Shown here one piece after another: positions 13,601 through 25,044 of a DNA stretch of 39,202 bases. Source of the DNA: Gonapodya sp. JEL0774. Lineage: Eukaryota. The position numbers and the translations under genes were made by a program. The stretch lies in the NCBI GenBank assembly GCA_027604505.1, contig JADIIX010000081.1, forward strand, positions 62,001 to 101,202, written 5' to 3'. The notes beneath the pieces are model-generated. The model saw only the letters and a program-made list of their open reading frames with translations, searched no databases and had not been told where the DNA came from. Position 1 is the first letter of the stretch. Each line of letters begins with the position of its first letter.

Positions 13601-13848
13601 GAGGCTACGGTAGGATCTTCATGTACGGGAATGTGATTCTGTGCTGGGGCATCTCTTTCCTTCTGCGTTCCTGCCTCCGTTCCCGTGTCCAATTCGGTAA
13701 GAGGTGCCAAGTCGACCGAGCGGTCGATCAAGGTCGCTGTGCTGGACGCAGTGCTGGGGAGCGATTGCAGCGACGGTTTGGACTGCGAAAGTGTCTCCTC
13801 TGCGTCTCCGTGCGCGGGCGTGTCACCGCCGAAGTTTCGCCGGTACAT
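10687..13848 (-). CDS. TKL-type tandem kinase, copy A: disordered N-terminus - pseudokinase - kinase - SH3 (~799 aa, 9 exons)
   Basis: Exons 13848-13117, 13017-12838, 12648-12215, 12132-11949, 11881-11705, 11606-11337, 11268-11063, 10975-10814, 10741-10687 give one open frame. Domain 1: SGGYSHV, VGIK, HPNVIRLYG, IHCNIH (no HRD Asp), SSFG (no DFG Asp). Domain 2: GKGGYGEV, VAVK, HADLKAGN, DFG, GTPRWMPPE, DVYAF, CWQFEVESRPTF. SH3: DELSFNAGDQIKIL...GGFFP. Confidence 0.88.
13307..13394. repeat. 54-bp-period in-frame internal duplication in kinase copy A
   Basis: cccgtgagcacggactc...gcggggcaggt occurs at 13307 and 13361. Protein reads LPRTTESVLTGWFDGVPY-LPRAAESVLTGW. Copy B has one unit. Confidence 0.85.
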
Positions 13849-15146
13849 ACATACATACTTGGGTTGGAAGCATTTCGACCATGCACCAGGCAACCTTTTG
13901 AATTCGGGCCCCGCGCACCGGGAACATTAATAGAGTACGCGAACAGGGGTAAAGATTGTGGATTTTGATAGTATATTCCAAGCTAAAATGGTCCTATTCA
14001 AGATTTAGTTACACAAGCTTGGTGATGAGGTGGGAAGTGTTGCTACAAACACAAGAGGCTCCTTTCGAAAATGAGCATGAACAATAGATTTGGGTGTGGA
14101 GTCTGTCTTGTTGGTCATTTGGTTGCGACTCCTGGGTGAAGCGGAGAACATATGACCGTGCTGGGTCATATTTTCAAAACTTTCTGGCCAAGCCCTGACG
14201 CCCACCTATTGCCTATTCTCTAACTTAGAAGCTAGTGTAGCTACCCTCACTTTACAGTACAATGTACTACTTTGCTCCAACCAAACAAGTTCATTCACTG
14301 TGCTCTGCCTCAAAATAGCGACAGCCAGCAGGTTTACAATCGCAAGGCTTGTTTGTCAGTAAAGTAAGTCGCTTTTGCGCTTACGTGGGTCTTCTCGTTG
14401 CGTTCTTATCCTCATCAGTGCGTCCACCTTCGTCACAACTCACAGTCCTCTCAGTCTTCCTTATCTGAGTTTGTTGCTTAGTGAGCTCAAGCTTGCCGAC
14501 TACAAGTAACCTAGCACGTTTTCATTTCATTCGACAGGTCCAATTCTTGTATGGACCAGATTGGACATTAATAGAGATTTGGATCCCGGTTCCGAGATTT
14601 CATTACACAAAGAGTCCGGCGTCAGCAAACGGATCCAATCACGTCAATCTGTTCACTGTTTTCGTTTTCGTTTGCCATCAGTTGATGAAAATTTTCTCTT
14701 GATAATAGGATACGGCTGACGACATTTAGGTATAATTTCGAGGAATGGGAAGGCATCGAAGGGAAATCGTCGCTGAAACTCACCTTTTGCTCAAGTTGAA
14801 TGATGGAAGAGCCGCTCTCCAAAAACAGCTGTGATTGAAGCAGGCGGAGGCCGGAGCTGGCTGATGCTGAGACAGTCGGGGAGAAACTGATGGGTGAGGC
14901 CTGACGCGAGGGGGAGGTCCAGAATCCAGCATTTTTGTCCATTTGATAGGCGCCGGTGGAAAATGGAGAGGAATTCCGCACTTCCTTGGTTTCGGGCGGT
15001 GATTTTGAATTCAAATGGGAAATTTTCCAAGATGTGGTGCCATCCCTCTCCCCCCCTCCCCAAAATGAACACGAAGACTCGAAATGATTAGCGCAGCGGG
15101 TCACCCAGGCGCCAGGCCGCTCGGGGAGCGAGCGGGGGCGAGGCGG

Positions 15147-15156
15147 NNNNNNNNNN
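15147..15156. other. Assembly gap (10 N) flanked by GC-only and poly-C sequence
   Basis: N run; long poly-C tract at ~15182-15203. Confidence 0.95.
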
Positions 15157-15662
15157 CCCCCAATTTTGTTGGGCCAAAAAACCCCCCCCCCCCCCCCCCC
15201 CCCTACCGAGATATGTGGTACAAGCACTGCGCTGATGAATGTTGTGAAGGAGGCTCTCTCTATCACTACATAGTCGCAAGAGGAGGCGAGGGAAAAACAA
15301 AGGACAAGCCAACTGATGAACTGGCCGCAGCGATTACATAAAGCGTCGTGGACATTTATTGAATGAACCGATAATACGGATCAAAGACGCAAAGTATATC
15401 ATAATTTCACTGTAAAAATGCGTTTGGAGTCCCGCAATCGCTTTTGTGAAAGCACGGACGACTAAGATGTTTTACATAAGTAGCTACTTGTGTGTGGTAC
15501 ATACAACAGTTTTAATGAAAGCGAATATGTGTTCAGAAAAGTCCACGTGAAGCACTAAAAGGATATAAAGATCTCGCGGTGAAGAAAGCAAAAATGGGGA
15601 ATGCAATGTAAAGTAACCCAAGGCGTATAATCAAGTTCCAGCAAAGGAGATGAAGCCCTTCA

Positions 15663-18600
15663 TCACTCGAGTGCGCTTTTAGGGAAGAACCCTCCCTTCT
15701 CTGGCGCTGTCAGGGTCCTGTAAACCGAGCAGATACGATTGATATGAGACCAAGAGTGCAAGGAGTCCAAATGTCACTTTAATTCATACCCAAACAGAAG
15801 CCCGCCCTCGTACCGTCCCAGAATCTTGATCTGGTCTCCCGCATTAAAGGACAGCTCGTCCCTCCTAGAACGTTTGTGAGCCGACTTTGCGACAATGGTT
15901 TCAATTGGGCGTGGCTCGCACAGGGCGGGGATGTCGGTTGGAGTGTCGGCTCTGGCAAAACACACCAGCTAATGAGGAAACAATAGAACCCGACTCCTCA
16001 AGCCACCCCATGAAAGAAAATTCGCACTCACAAAATTTCCTCCAGCTTCTTGACAATGTCCGCAAACGTCGGGCGGCTCTCGACCTCAAACTGCCAGCAC
16101 TCATGGATCAACTCCTTCAGTGGTCCAGGCATGGGCACAGCCGTATCGTCGCAGCAGGGACGCAAATCCCCGTCGATGATTCGGTTCCACAATCGCGCGT
16201 CAGGGACATCTCCGAATGGCCGTTCAAGCGTCCAGATCTGTGACACGCATGGGAGGTGAGCTCCAAACCCCATGCACACAAACAGCCCGGAAAACCACGC
16301 TCACTTCAAACGCCGTCATCGCAAAAGCGTACACGTCTCCCTCCCGGGAGCTCGTGTGTTCTAGAAGGCGCTCCGGGGGCATCCACCGTGGGGTACCCAC
16401 GCGCTCTGAAGGGTCCGCCCCGCGCGGGCGCGCAGCATCTTCAAGCTTGCTGTAGCCAAAGTCGCACACGACAGCCACGCCGTCCTTGCCGACGAGGACG
16501 TTGCCAGCCTTGAGGTCCGCGTGCACGAGGCCAACGGTGTCCAGGTATGCCATCCCGCGGGCGATGTCGAGAAGCTGGGGGCGGCGGGGGAGGGGGGGGG
16601 GGTTGTCGCGGGGTTCAGTCCTAATTTCCGAGAAGATATTTTTGCTACCACCTCCTCGCCCCCGTCTTTCGCAAACATACCATTTTCACCCTCTGATACG
16701 TAGTAGTATTCACCGCCATCAAGTACTCCACGGCCGTTCCGTACTCCATGAAGGGGGACACCAGGAAGGGGAACGTGGTCGTCAGACACGCTCCAAGGAG
16801 GGGCAGCACGTTATCGTGCTTAAGTCGGTTCCAGATCTCGATTTCGGAAGCGAAGGCCTTGTGCGACGAGAGACAAAGTCAGCCATCATGACAACCACCC
16901 GCCTCTTCACAACCAAGCCTCACCGTGTACAAATCTCTCCCCATATCTCCCCTGAAAACACGCTTCACCGCCACGGTCTTGTCGAGCCACAAGCCGCGGA
17001 ACACCTCGCCGTAACCTCCCTTACCGATCAGCTTGAGCAACTTGACGTCCTCCTCGTGCAGCCAGGGGGTGTCGATCGAGTGGTGCGTGGATGAGAGCAT
17101 GGTGGCACTTTATGGAGGGTGAATTCGCGGGACGTGGGGCGGTGGGTGAACTTTGACACCACGAAGGCAGCAAGGTGATAGCTACATACAGCACACCCTG
17201 TAACTCCTCCACGATCCCATCAAACGTGAGTCCGTTTGAATTCTTGAGGGCGCCCTTACACCTCCTCAGCAAATCGACGAGCGCACGCGGGGCCTCCGGG
17301 TCCTCCTCCATCATCGCCAGGGTCCCCTTCTCCTTCCATATTCGAAAGCACACCCTAGAGAACGCCACAATATCGCCCTCGAGCGAGTCATATAGCACCA
17401 TCTGCCGCGAGTACGTCAGGCACTGTTCGAGGTACTTGTCTTCGTCTGTGACGAAGGCCGCGGTGGCTGCTGTAGGTGTACGCGACATGGGTCCCGAGCT
17501 GTACCCGAACGAGGAGATCTGCGCGTTGCCCTGGTCGTCAATCACGACAATGTCTTGGTGGATATTGCAATGGATGACGCCGTTCCGGTGTAGGTGGCGG
17601 ACACCTTTGGCGATGTTGAGCATCTGAGGTTGGGTGGGTCTCTCAGTCGATACCGCGACGACTGTTTGTCAACACCCCCGTCGACAAACATCGACAATGA
17701 CCCGTCTCAAACACTCCTTAAAAACTGATTCAAGCCTTCTAACACTAGCAATCATGCCCGTTGAATGCCATCATACCCAGAGACTGCCAATTCCAACCCC
17801 ACCCACAGACCCCCTGCAACAAACGCACCAGCCTTATCTTGTCTCTCCCTGCCGGCTTAAATCGTGCAATATATTCCCTTAAGTTGCCATTTCGCATGAG
17901 CGGAGAGATAATGTAGGGCTGATAGGCGTCGAAGCATATGCCGTACAGGCGGATGACGTTTGGGTGCGGCGGGAGGAGGGACCATGTGAGAGTCTCGTTG
18001 GCGAAGGCCTGGTGAGGTGAAAAGTGTAGCCGAGTATTGACAGATTCGGTGGGTGAGACAGACGGAACAAGTCAAATGAGACCAAAAGAGAGGAGGAAAC
18101 CAGTGGAATGAAACCCACTCTGATGGCCCAGGTACTATCGAGCGCCAGAACCTTGATGCCGACCTCGACATCGCGCTGCCATACACCGCGAAAAACCTGA
18201 CTGTACCCTCCCGAACCGATATAGTCGCCAAACTCGACTTCAAAGTGCTTGATGTTCCCCTGCACGCCGTCAAACAAGTATGGCCACTTTTTCTCGCCGG
18301 CGACCCACCCCATGAGCACAAGTTCGGCCGAGCGGGGAAGGTATCCGGCTTTGTGGATTTGCGGTGTCGTGGGCGAGTGGATCGGGTCTGCGAGTGTATG
18401 CGTGGAGGACGTGGACGGTTCATGCGTGGTGATGCTGGAGTGGGATAAGTCGGAAGGCAGCGGGTCTTGCAGGTAGGAGGTGAGAGTGGTGGCGGGGTCG
18501 ATGGGGGGTAGATTCGGGCTGGGTTTGCGGTCGATTTGCGTCCGTGGCGAGGTTGGAGCACCATCTTCGGGCGCGAGAAAGTGACTATGTGCTGGAGCAT

Positions 18601-18796
18601 CTTTTCCCTGCTGCGTTCCCGCGTCCTTTCCCACGTCCAATTCGCCATGCGGTGCCAAGTCGACCGAGCCATCGAACAAGGTCGCTGTGCTGGACGCGGT
18701 GCTGGGGAGCGATTGCAGCGACGGTTTGGACTGCGAACGTGTCTCCTCTGCGTCTGCGTGTGCGGGCTTCTCACCACCGAAGATTCGCAGCCACAT
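15663..18796 (-). CDS. TKL-type tandem kinase, copy B (pseudokinase - kinase - SH3), paralog of 10687..13848
   Basis: Same exon order and motifs as copy A: IGSGGYSQV, IHCNIH/SSFG, GKGGYGEV, HADLKAGN, DFG, GTPRWMPPE, SH3 ending GGFFPKSALE*. Start MWLRIFGGEKPAH at 18796 aligns with MYRRNFGGDTPAH of copy A. Confidence 0.86.
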
Positions 18797-20051
18797 GTTG
18801 ATAGGGTTGGGAAACTTAGCTCTGGTTGGTGCCGTCAGACTTGATTTTGTGCGCGAAGCCAACCTGCCCCAACCATTCACAAACCAAGTTGCACAACCCC
18901 AACCCCCGGAGTACGCGAAACGGAGCACCCAGACTACATTTTGACGTGTAGTTCTGGTTGTGGAAGGGTTTGGGAAGGGCCGCGCTGTGCTTGGAAGGGG
19001 CCCGGTTGAAAGAGACTTTGAACTTCGTGGAATGCAAGCGCTTGAAACAGATGGCCCACAATACCGCACCAACTCCAGTGAAGCTTTTCGCTATCGAAAA
19101 CAATGACAATAAAATGTATCCTTCGCTTAGATCACTTTGCCTATCGCGGTGGGTGGATAGACATGCCGGACTTAATGTCATCGCAACACAACACAAGTTT
19201 CGCCAGATTTGCCACGGTCCGTCACACCAAGACGATCCAGTGACGGACGGAACTGAATAGGGCTTGCTCCAAGTTTCCGAGACCTCTGGTCAAGCCACCT
19301 CACTTCAGCACCCGCATTGAGTCCTACGGTGCTTCGGGTGTTGTTGGAGCTCAACAAATGGCGGTGGCGTCCATGCTCAGCTAGGCCTTCATCTGCGAAT
19401 TCTCGGAGCACGATTCACGAAAGAGCTCGGTGGAAATATCTCCATCCCACCAATCCATGACCCTAATTGCCTGAAGGCCGTCTCAATGTTGATGTCCGTG
19501 AGATACGTCTCCTTTGGTGCAAGCACGGGAGGCATCTTATGGGAAGTTGACATGGTTGGTATGTACATGTAGTGAGAATGCCCGCACAATAACAGCTGCA
19601 GGTGTAATCATATAACGAGACATCACTTTCGAGACTTTCTCTCTCAGTGAGAGACTGCGTTCTCTTTCCGTACAGTGGTGTTGACGGAGAAGCTGAGCTT
19701 CAGTGATGCACACACCATCCCACGCAAACTTTCGAATACAGCATGATGGAACAAAACCTTCAGGTTCATCTAAACAGTTTGCGCTCTCTTCAGGCCGTTG
19801 GGATTTGCGTTATCTTTGTTTGTCTTATCGTTGTTGTTGATGATGTCACCGAGTGTCACGCAAAGCCTCCTGGTTGTTGGGCCCTTGTGCGGATGGGCCC
19901 TTCCGGCGCATGTGATCGCAAACTAAAACTGTAGATAAGACCGATCACCGTTTTGCGTGAACATCTCCACAGTTTCTTGTACTTAAGAGCGAGCAGTGTC
20001 TCTCGACACCCACATTGCTTTCACCGTTTCGTATTCCCATTCGCGAGAATC

Positions 20052-22123
20052 ATGGCAGAAGTTTCATGTCCACTTGGCACGCTTTCTTACACTCCTCGTG
20101 GATTGGAAGAGCCAGCGTGCATGCCTATGGTGGACAGTGTGTTCATCTTCGTCGGTACGGCGGTCTGCATGCTTCTTATACCCGGGTAAGTTGAACCATG
20201 GATGAGGTTGAAGTTCCGATCTCAGTACCAACACATTGTCCTCCATGACCACCTTGTAGAGGACTTGGAATGGTACGTTCTGATGCAGTGCCTGTTCGCA
20301 GATCCAACTTGGGCCGACTTCGACTGTTCGCTAGCTTTACGGAGGATGGGGAGGAAAAAGGAGTGTTCTCACCATGGTACGTAGTGGTACTTTCGGTTCC
20401 ACGGCAAGTATTGTGGCTATAACAGCGTGACTTCACTTTGAAGATGGCCATCTGCTACACCGGTGCTGTCGTCATCTCCATTCAATACTTCCTGTTCGGA
20501 TTCTCTCTGTCGTATTCCAACACAAGCTCCAACTTCATCGGAAACTTTGGTGAGCGTAGAACAGCGCTCATTGTTATAAAGGAAGATGTCAGCATCTGAC
20601 TCGGGCTTCGTTTCCACCTATAGCCAATGCCCTTCTCATTGATGTCAACGCCGAACCGATGGCAGTTGCGCCAGCACTACCTGCGAGCATTTTCATGCTT
20701 TTTCAGTGCATGTGCGTCTCCACAAAATGTTGAAAATCCATTTCTTGTTTTAACATTGCGTTGGGATGAACAGGTTCGCCGCGATCACACCGGTCATCAT
20801 CATCGGCGGAGGAGCCGAACGGATTAGGATCTGGCCAATGACTTTGTTCCTGCTGCTCTGGTCGACATTCTGCTACGACTTCTTCATCGCTTGGATGTGG
20901 GGAATCAACGGCTGGCTCAAGAAGTTCGGTGAACTCGACTTTGCAGGGTGAGTCAACCGGATGCAAACATGTTGCTTCTCTTGGTTTACCGTACCATCTC
21001 ACAACACCTTCATTGCATCAGCGGAACCGCTGTGCACGTCGCATCGGGCGCTGCCGGTTTGGCTCTCGCCATCTTCCTCGGACCTCGTCAAAACAAGAAC
21101 GTATACCCGGCGTCCATGAAGGACGTTCTTCTCGGAACCGGCCTCATTTGGTTCGGGTGGTACTTCTTCAACGCCGGCTCCACCCTTGCACTGAACTTCC
21201 AAGCGCTTAATGCCGCCGTCGTCACTCACTTTGCGGCATGCGCTGGATGTCTCACTTACTCTGTTCTCGGTTACATTCACCACAAGAAGATCACCGCGGA
21301 GTGCCTTGTTAATGGTGGGTGATAATTCGAATGGTGCACACCTCGGTGGGTACTGACAGATCCGAACACGCGATCATAGGTATCATTGCCGGACTGGTTG
21401 GAATTACACCCGCCTGTGGGTTTGTCTGGCCTGCATCTTCCCTTGCCATTGGCGCGGTGACTGCTTTGTGCTGCTACTGCTGGACCCACTTCGCTCGCCC
21501 GAAGATCCCCGTGGACGATGCGCTCGACACATTTGGCCTTCACGGTATTGGAGGTGTTGCAGGCGCGGTGCTCACCGGCGTGTTTGCTACTTCGGGAGTG
21601 ACAGAACTGGGTGGCTACGAGATTGACGGTGGTTGGGTCGACGGCAACTGGTGAGTCGTACGATCGAGTCGCGTAACGTTCGCTTATTACCTTCGATCGG
21701 TCCTCAATTTTTTATTCTCTCATGCAACAGGATCCAACCTTTGAAGCAGCTTGTCGGAGTTGTGGTCATCGGCTTGTGGTCTTTCGTTGTCTCGTATGTT
21801 CTCCTCTTCGCCATCGACAAGATCCCAGGAATGAAGGTCCGACTCGCCCCGGAACATGAAGTCAACGGTTCTGACCACGCTCAAATGGGAGACATGTGAG
21901 TGAAAGTGATCTCCACTGTCAATCTTCGCATGTGATTTGACTACTTTATTCTCAACCGAAAACATTGACTCAAATTAGGGAGCACGGCTACTTCGACCCT
22001 CACCCGTTGGACGAGAAGAGTAAGAAGGAGATTAACGGTGTTCCGTTCAGGCACACCGACACGATGGACTCCAACTATCCAGTGGAGCCCAAGGACAACC
22101 CGCTCCACCGCATGCTGCAATAG
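20052..22123 (+). CDS. amt: Ammonium transporter, Amt/Mep family, multi-exon
   Basis: Spliced peptide contains LIPG..LYGG, LFGFSLSY, FIGNF, FMLFQCMFAAIT..GGGAER, WMWGINGWL, LDFAGGTAVHVASG, LGTGLIWFGWYFFNAGS, GIIAGLVGITPACGFV, DDALDTFGLHGIGG. Stop TAG at 22121-22123. Confidence 0.95.
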
Positions 22124-22928
22124 TGTTAGTGGATGATTCGCATTTTAGAACATAACTTTGTCATCTGCACTTTTATTCGTCATGTTTTGTAATTGTTGTG
22201 TTCGAGCAGGGAGAGCTGGTATAATGGAATGTTTTTGCACTGTCAATCACTCCCTGAGAGCTACTCTTTGAGAACTGAACTCTCACTAATTGACGAAGGG
22301 AAGCTTCGGTATGAGATCTTCGTTTTCGTTCTCACTCCAAATGATGAAACTACATACTCAGTCTGAGTACACAATCGATGCGTTCAGGTACATGACTCCG
22401 TCATTACTCACTGCTTTTTACGACAGAATCGAGTTAAAAATGGAGACAGTTAGCGAAGATGAAGTTCAAAGGCTGTCATTCTGTGCTAGTTGCTGACATA
22501 AAACTGAAATACCAAGAGATTTCGTTGGTTTCTCTTGGTGGGTCTTGCAGCTGCTCGACGCAGCTGCCAGCCTCGGCATAGTGGGGACTTCAATCTCTCA
22601 ACCAGACAATTGTTACATGAGACAGTACTCGCAAACTCCCCGCACATTCACTCCGCCTGCAAATCAATCTTCTCTAAAACTGTCAAGCAAGATTCAGCGG
22701 TCGTTGGGCCACGCATCAGAAACCAGAACCACAAATTCAAAACAGACTGCGAATCCGCTAGCAGAACCTGTTTCCAAAAACAATCGCGCGTTTCTTCCAT
22801 GCAATGCAGTTCAGAGAGCTGGAGCGAGTGGCGCCAGGACCCGGGTGCAGGTTGTGGTGGAAGGAGGAACGGCGGGGTGGGCGGACGCGCATCGCGGATA
22901 CGGGTGCAATGGGAGTAATGACAGGAAG

Positions 22929-24875
22929 ATGAAAAGAGCAAAGGACGCGTGGGTCACACCAGAAACACTTGCTGTCGAGGTTGATTCAGTGCGTGTGGAC
23001 AGTACCGAATCGCCGTACATCATTGACGAATCAGACAATGAATCATTAGCTTCCGCATTACCACCCCACGAAGCTCGCGCGAGAACTGCCATTAAAGAAT
23101 TTCGGAAAAAGGTTGCCGCCAGGATCAGGGCAGAGAGAATGCGCGCTGCGACTGAAAGCCACGGAGGTGAAAACAGCCAGTGGGATTCTCTCAACCAACT
23201 TGAACCGCCGCCGTACATGCCGACCAACGTCCATCTCCTCGACAAAAGAGAAGCAATGAAGAGGCTTGAAGTCCGCAGATTGTGGAGTGAAATGGGGCGA
23301 AGCAAGGTTGTGGAAAGACAACAGAGGACGAGGGAACGAGAGCTCGAACAGAGGCGTGTCGGTGATGGTGGACGCGACATTTCCCGTGGATGGGATTCAA
23401 ACGTCGGCAGTGTAAAACAAGTGGAGCGCGAGCTCCCTGTGAAAGACGTCGATGAGGATTGGAACTGGCGTGACCTCCCTCCGCCCGCACCCTCACCTTC
23501 TCCGCCTCGAGCACCACCCATTCCGCATGTACGAGACTTTGCGCATGTCGGTCTTGGTCCCGCTCAGGGCGTCAGCGTCAACGTGTCGCCCACGACGGGT
23601 TCCTTCTTCCCTGGTGGAACCGCTGACGTGCAGGTGGTTCGGAGTCCATCGCCGTCATCTTGTCGCAATCCCGTTCCCGTTCCCTCCCTACATCCGCAAC
23701 CTACGTCTCCCCTCCCATCGTCCTTCCCAGTGCAATCTCATACCGAGAACCGGAGCTCCGCCTTCCAGCCCCAACCATCACCCATCCGTTCCTTTCCCAC
23801 TACTACCACAGTCCACTCCCTTCGCGTCTTCGAGGGTGGAGGCACACACTATCAATCAGGAGCTGCTGCGGCTGCGAGAGAGCGAAGAGAGAGGGAAAAG
23901 CAGAGAGAGAGACGGGACGGGGGCGACGAGTACACGAGGCTTACGAAGCGAGTAGTAGGTCAAGCGGCGGCATTACTACCTGATGTTGTGGCTGTGAACG
24001 CGTCCAAAGGTCGAGCACGGGGCAGGCCGATTGGAACAGCCAGAAGGGACTCAGTGCTGATGCCGGTACCTGAAACCGATGCAGCTCCAGCTCGCCGAGG
24101 GCCTATATCCCAGGTCCCGTTTTCTCACCCTGGGTCCGCTGGCACCTCGCCATTGTCGAGTCCCAGACGATTGGTTACTGGGCTGGTGGAGGTCACGCAA
24201 GAACAACGTGAGCAGCTCAAACCACCACCTATACCGACACCCTTCGCGTCCATAGCGCGGGCGCGTGCACGCGCGGCCCGGACAGAAGCAGCCGCTATGA
24301 CTCTTCATCCACCGCCATTGCCGACTCGAGCAGTTTCATCCCCGAAAATGTTCAAAACGAAAGTGCCCCGACACCAACCACCCCGGCAACTCGCACCGCG
24401 TCCTGTAGTCCCAAGCTCACTTGTTCTATTGCGCGAGAGAGTGGACCCAGATGCGCTGGTGGTGGTAAGAAAGGAAGTTCCGGGAAGCCATAGGGCGGAC
24501 GGCGTTGGTGGTAGTGCGAGGCGGAGACGCACAACATATCCGGGTGATGCAGAAGGCGAAGCACAAGATCATGAGGAAGACGATTTCATCGGGGTTGTGA
24601 GAGTGACGTGTAATGGAGGTGGCGCGCCTGGGACTCAATACAGGCCTGGAAGGATCATTCCCCCGACAGCTCCACTGCCTACAGCATTGCGCAATGTGTC
24701 GCATGAGGCAACAGCCCATGTCACAATGGAGCCTTCTACGCCAAACAACATTCCTTCATCGTGGTTCGTGGTGCCAGGCGTGGGTCATGTTAGTGAACCC
24801 CAGCTGTCACCGGCGAGGGAAGGCGCATCTTCAGAGGGTACACTGTCGGTGGGAGCGTTGGGTGTTGGCTGGTGA
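22929..24875 (+). CDS. Hypothetical Pro/Arg/Ser-rich, largely disordered protein with short charged helical segments
   Basis: Stop-free frame 22545-24875 (776 codons). The start is uncertain; ATG 22929 (MKRAKDAW) is plausible. No recognisable domain. Confidence 0.6.
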   Translation: MKRAKDAWVTPETLAVEVDSVRVDSTESPYIIDESDNESLASALPPHEARARTAIKEFRKKVAARIRAERMRAATESHGGENSQWDSLNQLEPPPYMPTNVHLLDKREAMKRLEVRRLWSEMGRSKVVERQQRTRERELEQRRVGDGGRDISRGWDSNVGSVKQVERELPVKDVDEDWNWRDLPPPAPSPSPPRAPPIPHVRDFAHVGLGPAQGVSVNVSPTTGSFFPGGTADVQVVRSPSPSSCRNPVPVPSLHPQPTSPLPSSFPVQSHTENRSSAFQPQPSPIRSFPTTTTVHSLRVFEGGGTHYQSGAAAAARERREREKQRERRDGGDEYTRLTKRVVGQAAALLPDVVAVNASKGRARGRPIGTARRDSVLMPVPETDAAPARRGPISQVPFSHPGSAGTSPLSSPRRLVTGLVEVTQEQREQLKPPPIPTPFASIARARARAARTEAAAMTLHPPPLPTRAVSSPKMFKTKVPRHQPPRQLAPRPVVPSSLVLLRERVDPDALVVVRKEVPGSHRADGVGGSARRRRTTYPGDAEGEAQDHEEDDFIGVVRVTCNGGGAPGTQYRPGRIIPPTAPLPTALRNVSHEATAHVTMEPSTPNNIPSSWFVVPGVGHVSEPQLSPAREGASSEGTLSVGALGVGW

Positions 24876-25044
24876 ACATGGCGATGAAATGGCGGTATAT
24901 TGAGTTTTTTTCCAAATATTTCGTGCTATTCTCTTTCTTTCGAATCACATAGAAATGTTATGGGTTGTTCAATCGATTAGTTGGCTGGCGCAAGGGATGA
25001 GTGGATTGACGGTGGTCAGTACTATATGAAGACTTCACAAAAGG

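Larger units (their letters stand above)
10217..18798. repeat. Direct segmental duplication of ~3.6 kb: ~10217-13850 and ~15210-18798
   Basis: Similarity covers introns and ~450 bp of 3' flank, e.g. gcgctgatgaa..gtgaagga..cgcaagaggaggcgaggga at ~10237 and ~15229, and gttccagcaaaggagatgaagcccttcatcactc at ~10660 and ~15635. The copies are ~5 kb apart with unique spacer DNA and an N-gap between them. Confidence 0.92.

Noticed and set aside
14005..15100. Ser-rich minus-strand ORF pieces in the spacer between the kinase copies
   Set aside because: No motif, runs into an assembly gap, and no consistent exon chain found.
15095..15205. G/C-only and poly-C tracts as G-quadruplex or regulatory elements (also 31383-31581 and 33981-34003)
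   Set aside because: All abut N-gaps. The sequence is probably low-quality contig-end or homopolymer artefact, and ORFs crossing it are unreliable.
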